Source of the DNA: an uncultured Nitrospinota bacterium
GTDB taxonomy: Bacteria; Tectomicrobia; Entotheonellia; J063; CAVPRW01
Direction of reading: 5' to 3'
Assembly: GCA_963707985.1 (NCBI GenBank)
Contig: CAVPRW010000020.1
Location: 69,199-133,198, forward strand
Length of the DNA stretch: 64,000 nt
This document shows, piece after piece, positions 24,538-34,919 of the stretch (positions within the stretch are counted from its first letter, which is position 1; each line of letters begins with the position of its first letter). The notes under the pieces were generated by a model. It had not been told where the DNA came from. It did not search any database and saw only the letters and a program-made list of their open reading frames with translations. A program made the translations under genes and the position numbers.

Positions 24538-25350
24538 CTACTCGTCGGCGAAGAGGGGGCCGGCGACCCAGTCAAACTCCCCGGGAGCCGTCCGGTGGCG
24601 TCCCCCACTGACGGAGGCGAAGTCGTTGCTGGCCTCGTTGCCCTGCCCGCCGCTGACGGAAGAGACCGCTCCCCTGGCAATATTGAAGCTTCCCCCGCTG
24701 ATGACGGTGGCGAATCCACTGGCCGTGTTGATGAATCCCCCACTAACCACGGCGGCATCGCCGCTGGCCGTGTTGGAGACCCCGCCGCTGACGGCGGACC
24801 GGTCTCCGCTGGCCGTGTTGCGTTGCCCGCCGCTGACCACCGCGAAGTCCCCGCTGATCTCGTTGAAGTCGCCCACCACCAAGCCCCCAAAGCGGGAGAA
24901 ATTGTGGAATGGCCCGACCACCACGTTGTGCGAGCCGGTGCGAATGTTCTCCCCGAATTCGCGCTGCTCGTTGTAGCCCACGATCAAATTGCCCACCCCG
25001 TTCGGGCAGTCCGGAATCGGCTCATCCTGCTCGCTGGGGCAATCGGTGCGGCCCAGGCCGTTGACGATGTGCAGGTTGGCTCCAGTGATGACCACCTCAT
25101 GGCCCACGCGGGTGAAAGGCTGGAGGAGCGTTTCCAGGGCCGCCACACGGTCCGTCAGCCCCTGCTGGCCTCCTCGGGCGTTCTCTTGGGCGGTGCTCGA
25201 GGGCAGCGCCCAGGTCAGCAGCCCCCCCACGAGCAGACCACAGGCGAGGCCCCGCCACCAGCGAAGCTGCCGTTGGGCCGCACGGCTCCGCTGGTGCAGG
25301 GTGTGGATCTGGCGTTCAAGGGCGGCGACACGGGTGTGTAACTGATCCAT
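24538..25350 (-). CDS. Membrane-anchored protein with 14-aa Gly-rich (SGG) beta-helix-like repeats
   Basis: Tandem ASGDxAVVSGGxxNT units (42 bp) at ~24590-24880; N-terminal coiled coil plus TM. Confidence 0.8.
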   Translation of the reverse strand: MDQLHTRVAALERQIHTLHQRSRAAQRQLRWWRGLACGLLVGGLLTWALPSSTAQENARGGQQGLTDRVAALETLLQPFTRVGHEVVITGANLHIVNGLGRTDCPSEQDEPIPDCPNGVGNLIVGYNEQREFGENIRTGSHNVVVGPFHNFSRFGGLVVGDFNEISGDFAVVSGGQRNTASGDRSAVSGGVSNTASGDAAVVSGGFINTASGFATVISGGSFNIARGAVSSVSGGQGNEASNDFASVSGGRHRTAPGEFDWVAGPLFADE

Positions 25351-25610
25351 GAGGGGCTCCTCTCGGTCGTGGACTGCGGAAAGGGAAAAGCCAAATTCCC
25401 CCGCATTGAGTAGTAAGATTGTGATATATTGATTTTATTGATAATAAATTTTGACCAATTGTCCCATCAAGCATACCATGCCGACGGAAGATCAAAAACT
25501 TGGCTGACCTCACCCTATGAATCCCACCGGGCTACCACGAAATCCGAGGGAATGTGTCAAACGCTCTCCAAGTCAAGTGCTTGATGTTCTCGCGCCCTAC
25601 ACTGACCCTC

Positions 25611-26015
25611 TCAGCCCTCCGGCTCCGGCTGGGGAGGCGGCATGACCACACGCTTGGGCTCGAGGGCCTCTCGCACCATGCGGAGCACGGCGGGATCCAG
25701 CTGACGCATGAGCTTGCCAATGTACTGCATGTGGCGCGTGCGCGCCCCGTGCGGGCGCAGGCCCTGAACCATCAATACCGCCTCGCGCAGTGGGTCCGGT
25801 AGCTCCATCCGGGCCAGGTGGGCTCGGGGCAGCGCGACGAGCTGGGCTCCAAGCGCCTGCAACGCGTGCGCCTCGCGTTTCCGCTGGCTTTTGCTCGGCC
25901 GAGGCGAGGTATCAGCCGTCGGTGCCGTGTGGGTGTCGAGAGGCCTCGATCTGTCGCCTGGACTCTCCCCCGGTGGTCGTCTCGGGGCCGTGCCCCTCTG
26001 GTGTGGCGAAGGCAT
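25611..26015 (-). CDS. DarP/YjgA (DUF615) family protein, N-terminal half only
   Basis: PSKSQRKREAHALQALGAQLV...LREAV...HGARTRHMQYIGKLMR. Confidence 0.75.
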   Translation of the reverse strand: MPSPHQRGTAPRRPPGESPGDRSRPLDTHTAPTADTSPRPSKSQRKREAHALQALGAQLVALPRAHLARMELPDPLREAVLMVQGLRPHGARTRHMQYIGKLMRQLDPAVLRMVREALEPKRVVMPPPQPEPEG

Positions 26016-26140
26016 CGCATCCTCCTCAACAAACGATCATGTGATACAGGTCATACTCTACCCATGATATCATGGTATTGTTGGCCCTAAATAGCCACCA
26101 AGCGCAGGGAGGCCAGTAGGGAGTTATGGTCGTCAGCGAA

Positions 26141-26365
26141 GCATTGTCAAATGAACACATCCTGAGACGATCACCGGCCACAGAGATCGGCAGGCTGGAC
26201 GTCGCGCATCCCTTATGCGGCTATGGCCATACCCGTGACTTCCGGCCAGATCTGGAATCGTTGCGCCATCTCTCGGCGGTAGCCACGGGCGGACGTGTTG
26301 GGCAATAGGACCATAGGCGGGGAGGAATCGCTGGGCGTAACCCGGGGACTTACACCCTTGCATGC
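26141..26365 (-). mobile_element. IS6-family 3' relic with terminal IR
   Basis: GCKSPGYAQRFL.AYGPIAQH..YRREMAQRFQIW; GCATTGTCAAATGAA end, also present at 30184. Confidence 0.65.
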
Positions 26366-26399
26366 GTCGCTCCCGCTGGCGGGTTGACCGGTGGGAAAT

Positions 26400-26681
26400 C
26401 TCCGCGCGGTTAGTGACGACCGATTCCCCCCCCTGGTCCGCAGCATCCGGTCGAAGCCATGGATGAATTTCTCATCACGGTCATGAAGCAGGTATCGTTT
26501 CCCCAGCAGGAAGCCATCACCATCATCCGTCAACTGCCGCGCACACTGTGTCATCAAGACATCATTGGGATGGGGAGTGATCCCTGCTAGGTGTACGCTC
26601 CGCTGAAGGGGTGGGCCAGCGCAGGTAGGCGACGGCGGTCGGTGTCAGCGAGCCGCAGCCGACTGTTGCCGAGCTGAGCTT
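26400..26681 (-). pseudogene. Integrase-core (rve) transposase fragment
   Basis: MTQCARQLTD..DGFLLGKRYLLHDRDEKF. Confidence 0.65.
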
Positions 26682-27431
26682 TTATGGGAGGGTGGTCAGC
26701 CGACGCCGATAGAGGGCCAGGAGCCTTTCCCAATGGCGCTCGGCCGCCGCCTTGTCATAGCACCAGCGCTGCGGAAAGGCGAAGCCGTGATGCACGCCAG
26801 GGTACAGCTCGATCTCCCCGGCTACGCCGGCTTGTGTGAATAAGCCTCGCAGTTCTTCGACCATCGGCAACGGCGCGAGCGCGTCATGCTCGGCGCAGGC
26901 AATATAGAGTTCACCCTTCACCTGGCTCAAGGAGCGATGCGGGCTCTCCTCCGCCTCGCTGACAAGCCACGTCCCGTAAAACGAGGCGGCGGCGGCGATG
27001 CGGTCGGGATAGCGGGCCGCCGCCGCCAACGCATACGGGCCGCTCATACAGTAGCCATGACAGCCCACCGGGCCCGGCATGACCGCGTCCTGGCGATTCA
27101 CAAACGCCAGCATGGCCGCGACATCACGCATCACCGGCGGGATCGTCATCGTGACCCGGACCGCCCGCATGCGGGTGTGCTCCAGGCTGCCCTCCTCCAT
27201 CACGTCTGGCCCGAAGATCGTGTCTCGCCCGGCACGATAATACAGGTTGGGCAGCAGTACATAATAGCCGACGGTCGCCAGCCGGCGCGCCATATCCCGA
27301 AGCTCCTCGCGGATGCCGTGCGCATCCATCAGGAAGCACACGGCGGGATAAGGCCCGCCCCGTTCAGGATAACAGAGAAAGGTTTCCATCTGACCGTCAG
27401 CCGTCTTGATGTCTACCGTCTCTTCAATCAT
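26682..27431 (-). CDS. Dienelactone hydrolase family protein
   Basis: MDAHGIREEL, GYCMSG nucleophile motif, YPGVHHGFAF. Confidence 0.92.
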   Translation of the reverse strand: MIEETVDIKTADGQMETFLCYPERGGPYPAVCFLMDAHGIREELRDMARRLATVGYYVLLPNLYYRAGRDTIFGPDVMEEGSLEHTRMRAVRVTMTIPPVMRDVAAMLAFVNRQDAVMPGPVGCHGYCMSGPYALAAAARYPDRIAAAASFYGTWLVSEAEESPHRSLSQVKGELYIACAEHDALAPLPMVEELRGLFTQAGVAGEIELYPGVHHGFAFPQRWCYDKAAAERHWERLLALYRRRLTTLP

Positions 27432-27869
27432 TAGGTGAGTTCCTCCATGTGATCCATGTGGGCCGTGACTGGGCTCCGAGCGGCCTGTGCAAGCCCCAGC
27501 GGCCCGGGCCATGGTCTCTCGCTGCGAACCCCGATCTGAGAGCTGCCGATCGTTCATCAGGCTACAGGAGCCGTTGCGACTCCCAGGCCTTTGCCATGTC
27601 ATGCTGTGCCACTGCACGGTTTGGGGAGGCGCACCCGGTTCAAGCGTACGTTGCCCGCCATGGTCATGTCTCCTTCCGCGGTCGTGGTCCTCCCAGGAAG
27701 CTATCCCGTCAGCATCATGGGCAACTCGGGGGCGTCTGTCAAGCCGGCTGATGGGGGGACGCATAACTCCCTGAATGGGACTGGTCAGCGACTTCGATAC
27801 GGCTCCTGACTGAGTACTTCCAATACTCTCATCACTGGCGCACACATCGGGCGGTGGACATGGATTGCC

Positions 27870-28022
27870 CCATGCCGCGGCCGGGCCAACGGCCGGAGGT
27901 TGGACTGATCCGCGAAGTCCCAGAAGTGGGTGAGTTACATCACCACGATGCGCGGCGAGCGGCCTGATGACGCGGGTACCAACCTGCTGGTAGATGGGTG
28001 CGACAGGTTTTCGGGACAGACG
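27870..28022 (+). pseudogene. 3' end of an rve-type IS (PEVGELHHHDARRAA*) with putative terminal IR
   Basis: Typical GGLHHxYxRxAA-like terminus followed by GTTTTCGGGACAGAC. Confidence 0.45.
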
Positions 28023-28106
28023 GCCATAAGAATATCAATAGCACCGCAGCACCGCGGCATATCTCAACTTCGTCGAGGATGAGATTGACCAGGCCATGCT
28101 GGCGAG

Positions 28107-28430
28107 CTAGTCCCCCGACTTGGGGTTCCCCCCAACCTTGAGCTGCTCGCGCGTCTGACGATCGAGCAGTCCCGACACCGAGAGCCCATATGTGGCCTGG
28201 AAGGCCCGTACGGCAGCCTGTGTCTGGGCGGTATAGATCCCATCGATCGGACCTGGGTCAAATCCGAATGCACGCAAATGCATCTGCGCCACCTGGATGT
28301 CTCCTCGGTTGAGAAGCCGGTCCACCGCGGGCCGTACAGTCCCAGCTTGGTGTTCCCCTGGGTGAGAGGCAACGCAGGCGGTGAGCAGGACCAACGGGAG
28401 CCAGCCGATCACACTCCGGGACGGTCTCAT
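28107..28430 (-). CDS. Peptidoglycan-binding-domain lipoprotein
   Basis: Lipobox LTAC; GFDPGPIDGIYTAQTQAAVRAFQ..GL.VSG.LD. Confidence 0.85.
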   Translation of the reverse strand: MRPSRSVIGWLPLVLLTACVASHPGEHQAGTVRPAVDRLLNRGDIQVAQMHLRAFGFDPGPIDGIYTAQTQAAVRAFQATYGLSVSGLLDRQTREQLKVGGNPKSGD

Positions 28431-28485
28431 ACCATGCCTCCGCTCTGGCGTGCGTACGTCGTGGCACGCCGTTGTCTGTCTCCAA

Positions 28486-28788
28486 TCACTGTCGCACCCC
28501 TCGTCCGCCATCTGGCTGACAATGCTGGCGATGCGCCTCCCAGTTCCGCGTGTACTGTGAGGCAAGCGTCGCATCGCAGATGGTAAGCAGGTTCTCAGCG
28601 TTCTTCGCCTGCGCCGCCTTGGTAAAGTTAAAGCTGCCGGTGAGGACGATCTCGTGATCGATGACCATGATCTTGTGATGGGCAATGACGTCTGTGCAAT
28701 TCCCACCGGGCGTAAAGCAGACAGTCACCGCCGAGGGTATGGTGGTTGTGCTGATGATCATCGCCAGAACGCTGTGAGGGTTGGACAT
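28486..28788 (-). pseudogene. PLD/Nuc-like nuclease with internal deletion
   Basis: VCFTPGGNCTDVI joined directly to AHHKIMVID..TGSFNFT..NAEN; the middle segment expected in the family is missing. Confidence 0.7.
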
Positions 28789-29216
28789 CAGACCGAGCCC
28801 TCCTGCGGCGGCTCGGGGGAGTCCAGCGCAAGAAGTCCCGGTGCGCCATGTCCACGTGCTCGACGGGCCAGCTCCTCATAGACGGCCCGCAAGCGCTCTA
28901 GCTCCAGATCCTCGAGCTCTTCCAGGTCAAGCAGGGAATTATGGGCCCCTTCGACCGCCCGGATGAGTTCATCCAGCTTGAGTTGCACCGCCGTGCTGTC
29001 CCGGTTCTGGGTATTTTGGATCAGGAACACCATCAGGAACGTGACAATGGTCGTGCTGGTGTTGATGACCAGCTGCCAGGTATCGCTAAAGCCGAAGAAC
29101 GGACCAGTGATGGCCCAGACCACGATGATCAGCACCGCCAGGAGAAAGGCCAGCGGATGCCCCATGGCCCGTGCGGCGCTCGTGGCAAAGCGGCCAAAGA
29201 ATGAACGATGGTACAT
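28788..29216 (-). CDS. Low-affinity iron permease (Fet4-like) family protein
   Basis: FSDTWQLVINTSTTIVTFLMVFLIQNTQNRD..QLKLDELI. Confidence 0.92.
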   Translation of the reverse strand: MYHRSFFGRFATSAARAMGHPLAFLLAVLIIVVWAITGPFFGFSDTWQLVINTSTTIVTFLMVFLIQNTQNRDSTAVQLKLDELIRAVEGAHNSLLDLEELEDLELERLRAVYEELARRARGHGAPGLLALDSPEPPQEGSV

Positions 29217-29846
29217 AGGCCTCCTTTCATCTCCAGGGGCGGTGCCATCGTATGGCCACGGCCCAGGTCGCGGTGCTGGTGAACCGCCTCAACATCATCC
29301 GCACATCGGCCCCACCTCACACGGATTTGACGGCATACACCTGTCGTCCCCCACACCTCGCATGCTCCTCGGCAATCCAGAATCTCATCTGCAAAGGTGT
29401 CCATGGCCACTTCGAGGTAGCCCGCCTCCTCCATTTCCTGAGGCGCTTCGCCCTCCCCGCGGCGGAACACTTCATGCCCATGTTCATCCTCAAACGTCCA
29501 CTCCGTCGGGTTCGCGACCTCGTGCCAGTGATGAATTGCACGCCGTTCTTCCATGATTGTCCTCCTGTGTCCGTTGACGGGGGGCCGGGATAAGCGGCCC
29601 CCCGCGTCCTGTGGGCGGTGTGCTGCTCCGCCAGCTCTGAGGAAAATTCTCCGGGGGTCGCCTGGGCCAGGAGATGACGAAGCACCTCGGCGGCCGGGCG
29701 GTCGAAGGTTCGTGTCAAGATGCCGAGCGTATTTGAGGTCTCATCATCGGGTAGTACTATCCAAGTCATGCTCCCTGGCTATTGCAGCTTCGCAACCTGT
29801 TGAATATGAATTATACTCATATGGGATCTTGGAGAAAAAGCATTCC

Positions 29847-30149
29847 ATGGTCATGATCGGCCTGCTCGCCGTGACCGCCTTCGGCCAGTTCGACACCATC
29901 GGCCCCGTGCTGTTAGTCCCCGGCATCTATCTAGTCATCGCGACGTTGCAGAACAATCTGGTGAGTCCCTTTGTCTATGGCCAGCGCCTTCAGCTCAATC
30001 CTGTGGCGGTGTTCGTCGGGGTGCTCTTGTGGTGGCACCTCTGGGGCGTGGCGGGCGCCTTCCTAGCGGTGCCCATTTTCGCGACCCTCAAGATTGTCGC
30101 CGACCACGTCGAGCGCTTGGCGCCGGCCGCGACTTTCTTGGCGGAATAA
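29847..30149 (+). pseudogene. AI-2E family transporter C-terminal fragment
   Basis: LQNNLVSP..GQRLQLNPVAVF..WWHLWGVAGAFLAVP..LKI. Confidence 0.7.
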
Positions 30150-30390
30150 GCGGGCGCGCCAGGGCGCCTGGCCATGCCTGCGGGCATTGTCAAATGAAGG
30201 GGTCTGCGTAGCAGATGATCAACCAGGAGGCTCAGGATCACGCGTTAGCGTGCCCCCTCTTCGCCAGGCAGCTTGGCTAACGGGCTTCATCCTGCATACG
30301 ACTTCCAGTCCTGCATAAAATCATCGACAAGCCAACGCAGTGTATGGCCGACGTCGCAGACGAAAATCGGTGGCACGTTCAGGACCATCG

Positions 30391-31437
30391 TTAGGACAGC
30401 TCTTCCAACAAGGCCTTGGCCGCTTGCAGGTCCACTGTGTCAAAGCCCTCCGTGAACCAGTGGTAAACCCCCGTCAGCAGCTGACGGGCGTCTTCACGCT
30501 TCCCCTGACGCTGCCATAACCGACTGAGACTGAGCGCTACGCGCAGGTCCAACGCCTTGGCCTGCTGGCGGCGGGCGACAGCGAGTGCCTGAGACAAATA
30601 GGTTTCCGCCTGGGGGACCTGGGGGTGCGGATGTTGTAGGAGCAATTCTCCCCTGAGACGGGACAACTCGGCCTCCCACCAGCGCGCCTCCGTTGTGGCC
30701 ACCAGCGTCAAGGCCTCGGCGAGTACCGTCAGGCCAGCCTCTGGCTGCCGCGCATGACCATAGGCCTCCGCCAGCAAGGCCAGCCAATGGGGGCGCAGCC
30801 CAAAGCCTTGCGCGCCTGCGAGGGCCATCACGGCTTCGGCGTGTGCCTGCGTAGACGCCACATCTCGGCAGCAATGGGAGAGTAAGGCGGCACTGAGCTC
30901 CGCATACGCTACGCTAGGAGCATGCTCCATCTGCCGGGCCAGGACCAGCGCCTCCTGACACCGCTGCCGTGCCCGATCGGCATAGCCCAACCCCCACAGA
31001 GGTCGCAGCAGCCAGGTGAGGCCTGCGATCCTGGGATGATACCCGACGACGAAGATGGGGGTAGAGGCCTGCTGGGCCGCGGAGAGCTCCAGGCCCTGCT
31101 CCAGGTGGGTACGGGCGACGACCAGGTTGCCCAGGAAGAGTGCGACAACCCCCACAGCCAAATGGCCCTCCACCAAAAGGACCGGATCGTGCCGGCGTTG
31201 CGCCAGGTCGAAGAGCTGCTGCCCGAGCGCTTCACCGGTGCGCAACCGCGCCTGGGCACTATGAAACAGAAACAAGCCCCAGAGCGCCCGGAAGAGCTGT
31301 GGTGTACCCTCCACCTGGTGGCACAGCGCGTGAGCCCGGGTATAGACGTCACCGGCCTCCGGAGAGGACATGCCCTTGGCGGCTTGGACGCCTGGGGGCC
31401 CCCTGGCTGAGTATTTGAACACTCGGGCCCTGTCCAT
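30391..31437 (-). pseudogene. C-terminal TPR part of an adenylate cyclase/AAA-ATPase regulator (truncated, internal deletion)
   Basis: YTRAHALC, LALLAEAYG, WWEAELSRLRGELL, ARRQQAK, VYHWFTEGFDT.DL. Confidence 0.8.
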
Positions 31438-31523
31438 GGACAGGAATCCGATTGTATCTTCCTGTCATGAAAAGGACAATGTGAAAATGCCACGCACCAA
31501 CATCGCCACATAGGGGATCGGCT

Positions 31524-31730
31524 GTGTTCGAGTCCCAACCATCGCTCCCGACCGATCGGGCGTTTGTGGTACAGTTTCGCCCCCAACCCGCCGGTGCCTC
31601 GCCGTCCTTTGAAGGCCGTGTCGAGCATCTGGCGTCGTATCAAGTGGAGCGCTTTCACTCGTTGGAGGAGTTGCTGGCATTCATGATCCGTGTGTTGACC
31701 GACGTGCAGACACAATCGGCCTCGCTGTGA
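31524..31730 (+). CDS. Small hypothetical protein
   Basis: RAFVVQF..GRVEHLAS..RFHSLEELLAFM, a pattern recalled from small proteins next to such regulators. Confidence 0.6.
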   Translation: MFESQPSLPTDRAFVVQFRPQPAGASPSFEGRVEHLASYQVERFHSLEELLAFMIRVLTDVQTQSASL

Positions 31731-31788
31731 ACGCACCGGGCGCCGCATGAGAGAAGACCTGCTTCGTATGAGCAAAGGAGTACAGAGC

Positions 31789-33238
31789 ATGAAACGGGAA
31801 CAGAGAGAGATAGGCGTCGTCGCGGCAGTCGCGGCATTTCTACTCGCTGCCACGCTGGCCGTCGCACCGGTCGCGGCACAACAGGTCACGGGCGTGCCAG
31901 GTTCGCCTGGCGCCACGACCACGATCGACGGGAACCAACTCCCGCCACCGCCCCCGAATTTTGGCGGCGAGATCAAGGAAAGCGCCAAGGATTCCAAAAC
32001 CTGGTGGCCGCCTCGCGTGGTGCCGCCTAAGGGTGCGCCCAACGTGCTGCTGATCATGACCGACGACCAGGGCTATGGCGTCAATGGCACGTTCGGAGGT
32101 GTCATTCCGACACCGGCGCTAGACCGAATCGCCAAGGCGGGGCTGCGCTACACGCAGTTCAACTCCACCGCGCTGTGCTCGCCCACGCGGGCGGCGCTGA
32201 TCACCGGACGCAATCACCACGCGGTGGGCTTCGGCGTGATCTCGGAGCTGTCGACGGGTTACCCGGGCTATGACTCCATCATCGGTCCGGAGAACGCAAC
32301 CATCGGCACGATCCTCCGGGACAACGGCTATGCCACGTCGTGGTTCGGCAAGAACCACAACACCCCGGGCTTCCAATACAGCGTGGCCGGCCCATACGAC
32401 CAATGGCCGTCGGGGATGGGTTTCGACTACTTCTACGGCTTCATGGGCGGCGAGACCGACCAGTGGACGCCGTACCTGTTCCGCGATCACACCCAGGTCT
32501 TTCCGTGGATCGGCAAGCCCGGCTACAACCTCATCACCGATATGGCGGACGAGGCGATCACGCACATGAGGCAGCTCAATGCGGCGGCGCCTGACAAGCC
32601 GTTCTTCGTCTATTACGTCCCCGGCGGAAGCCACTCACCGCACAACCCGACGCAGGAGTGGATCGACCAGTTCAAGGGCAAGTTCGACATGGGCTGGAAT
32701 GTCATGCGCGAGCAGATCTTCGCCAACCAGAAACGGCTGGGGGTCATTCCCGCGAATGCGCAGCTCACACCCTGGCCCGATGAGCTGGCAACATGGGACA
32801 CGCTGTCGGCCGACGAGAAGAAGCTCTTCGCCCGCCAGGCGGAGGTGTTCGCCGGCTATACGGCCTATACCGACCACGAGATCGGCCGCGTGATCCAGGC
32901 GGTCGAGGATCTGGGCAAGCTTGACAACACGCTGATCATCTACATCGCCGGTGACAATGGCACCAGTCCCGAAGGCACGACGCTCGGCACGCCCAACCAG
33001 TATACCGCGTACAACGGCATCCTGGACGTCCCGGTCGTCGAGCAACTCAAGTTCTACGACGTCTGGGGCTCGGCGGCGACCTACCCGCACATGGCGGTCG
33101 CGTGGGCGTGGGCGTTCGACACGCCGTTCAAGTGGACCAAGCAGGTGGCGTCGCACTTCGGCGGCACGCGGCAGGGCCTGGCAATCTCGTGGCCGGCCCG
33201 CATCAAGGACGCCGGCGGCATCCGCCACCAGTTCCACC
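31789..33238 (+). pseudogene. Arylsulfatase, truncated after IRHQFH
   Basis: PNVLLIMTDD, CSPTRAALITGR, WFGKNH, GDNG; C-terminal part missing. Confidence 0.88.
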
Positions 33239-33632
33239 TGCGAGCAGCTGCGCGCGCAAAAGAACGAGCCGCCATCGGAGAAGGAGAAGTTGGCCGTCGA
33301 GTTCCTGCGCAACGATTCGCAGGCACGCGTGGCCTTCATCGATAAGATCGCTGCACCCGTGTTGAACAAGATGTTTGAATGCGGCATGATCCCGTGAGCT
33401 TGGTTGGGTGCTACCGTCGATCCCGCTCAACGCCGAGGGCGGCTCGCCGGCGTTCCGGGCGATGTTGATCTACAACGTGCTGATTGTGCTATACCTCACT
33501 TACCTGGACACACTCGGACACCTGGGGGGCGTGCTGTTGTGGCCGGGCGTTGTGCTCCACGCCGTCGTGGCGCTGTTGCTGGTCTGGACGTGGCGCAACG
33601 AGCGACGGACCCGCTCAGGCGGTGGGGAATAG
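33233..33632 (+). pseudogene. Fused 3' fragments of small genes (TCEQL..NKMFECGMIP; membrane protein ..LWPGVVLH..)
   Basis: C-termini resembling small proteins that usually follow such sulfatases; no start codons of their own. Confidence 0.55.
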
Positions 33633-33873
33633 AGATGGGTGCGTTTAAACAGGCGGAACTGGCCAGGTCTATGGGCGGCCTGTGTCGGACCCTAAACGAG
33701 ATGCCAGCATCGCACCACCCCAAAAGAGTAGGCTCGAAATTGACAGAACATTCTATAAATTCAATTGTTTGTCAAAACTCCAAGGTGTGTTATCCTCTCT
33801 CAAGATGTCATAGATAGGGGTAGCGGATTACAACCTGACGTCACCGGCGAAAATGCCTATCCACCCGGCTCTT

Positions 33874-33912
33874 AGAGAACCTCCCGAAAATTAATTTTTG
33901 GGGAGGTTCTCT
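33874..33912. repeat. 39-bp near-perfect palindrome (joined IS-like TIRs or terminator)
   Basis: AGAGAACCTCCCGAAAA-TTAAT-TTTTGGGGAGGTTCTCT. Confidence 0.55.
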
Positions 33913-33958
33913 GTGGCGAATGGGGAGTTATTCAGGTATTCCTGAACTGATGTGTCTA

Positions 33959-34249
33959 TCATTGACTTCCTGGTTGACCGCCAGGCGCACTTTTTTTGTC
34001 CGACTGCTCAATGGGCTGGGGAGTTCCCGGCGCGTTCGGATCGATAATGACCGTCGGAGTCGGCATGGGTTTAGCCTTCTCCATTTGCTCTTTTGTCCAG
34101 TAAGACTCGATAGCCTTCGAATCAACTGGTGCTTTCGGATTGTCGATTTCCGTCACTCCACCCTGTGCGGCATCGTGTTGCGCTTGCGAGCAGATTATCA
34201 AGACGACAGACCATAATCCCACGATGATGAAACTTTTTAAGTATCGCAT
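33959..34249 (-). CDS. Secreted 96-aa protein homologous to the pre-pro region of the neighbouring protease
   Basis: MRYLKSFIIVGLWS..VDSKAIESYWTKEQMEKAKPMPTP..APGGQPG versus protease MRYPKALIVTGLWS..VDTQAIVSYWTVEKMANAKPMPIP..APGYAPG. Confidence 0.75.
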   Translation of the reverse strand: MRYLKSFIIVGLWSVVLIICSQAQHDAAQGGVTEIDNPKAPVDSKAIESYWTKEQMEKAKPMPTPTVIIDPNAPGTPQPIEQSDKKSAPGGQPGSQ

Positions 34250-34744
34250 GTTCTCATACCACAAATTCGACTTATCTATCGAACTCGCTGGGAGGTCAGG
34301 GGGCACCCGGCAGGGGCCGTCGCGCCGAGACCACCTGAAGCCAGCGGGCTTTGAGGTTCTCGATGAGAACCAGCCGCCACAGACAAAAAGCGACACAGGT
34401 CAGATGAACAAAGCGGAGGATGGCCAGTGTTGTTGTGCATTGGGAGTCCCCAACCCGAAAGGTTGTTTCAGGTCGCGGATGGTCAGTTCGATGGCATAGT
34501 CACAAGCCATAAAATCCATATAGTTCGGTCGAGCTGGGTGGCGATCCCTCAAAGTACAAGGCCGCCCTGACGTGACAGAGTGTCAAGGCTATACTTCCTC
34601 CATGCCTGACTGAAACCAAGAGAAGGTCATGCCACAGTTTAGCGCTTTGCTACGTAGTGCGGACTGCAGGGCTCTTGGGATGCGAACGGGTGACCCAGGC
34701 CCTGAAGATCATCCTTACTGTATCAGAACAGAAGGAGCCCAGCC

Positions 34745-34900
34745 ATGCAAGTAACGCTGTATGCCCGTGTGTCGACGAGCCAGCAAGAGAAAACGGATAG
34801 CGTGGAGAGTCAAGATGAGACTCTCCACGCGTACACGGCCGTGTACGACTACACTGTGTTCTCTGAACACATCTTTCTTCATAATGGGGTCAGTGCAAGG
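34745..34900 (+). pseudogene. Serine recombinase N-terminal fragment
   Basis: MQVTLYARVSTSQQEK..SVESQ..HIF..NGVS; RBS AAGGAG. Confidence 0.7.
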
Positions 34901-34919
34901 CCGTTGACGCCGAAATTAC

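Noticed and set aside
24590..24880. CRISPR array
   Set aside because: The 42-bp periodicity is an in-frame protein repeat without unique spacers; no cas genes in the window.
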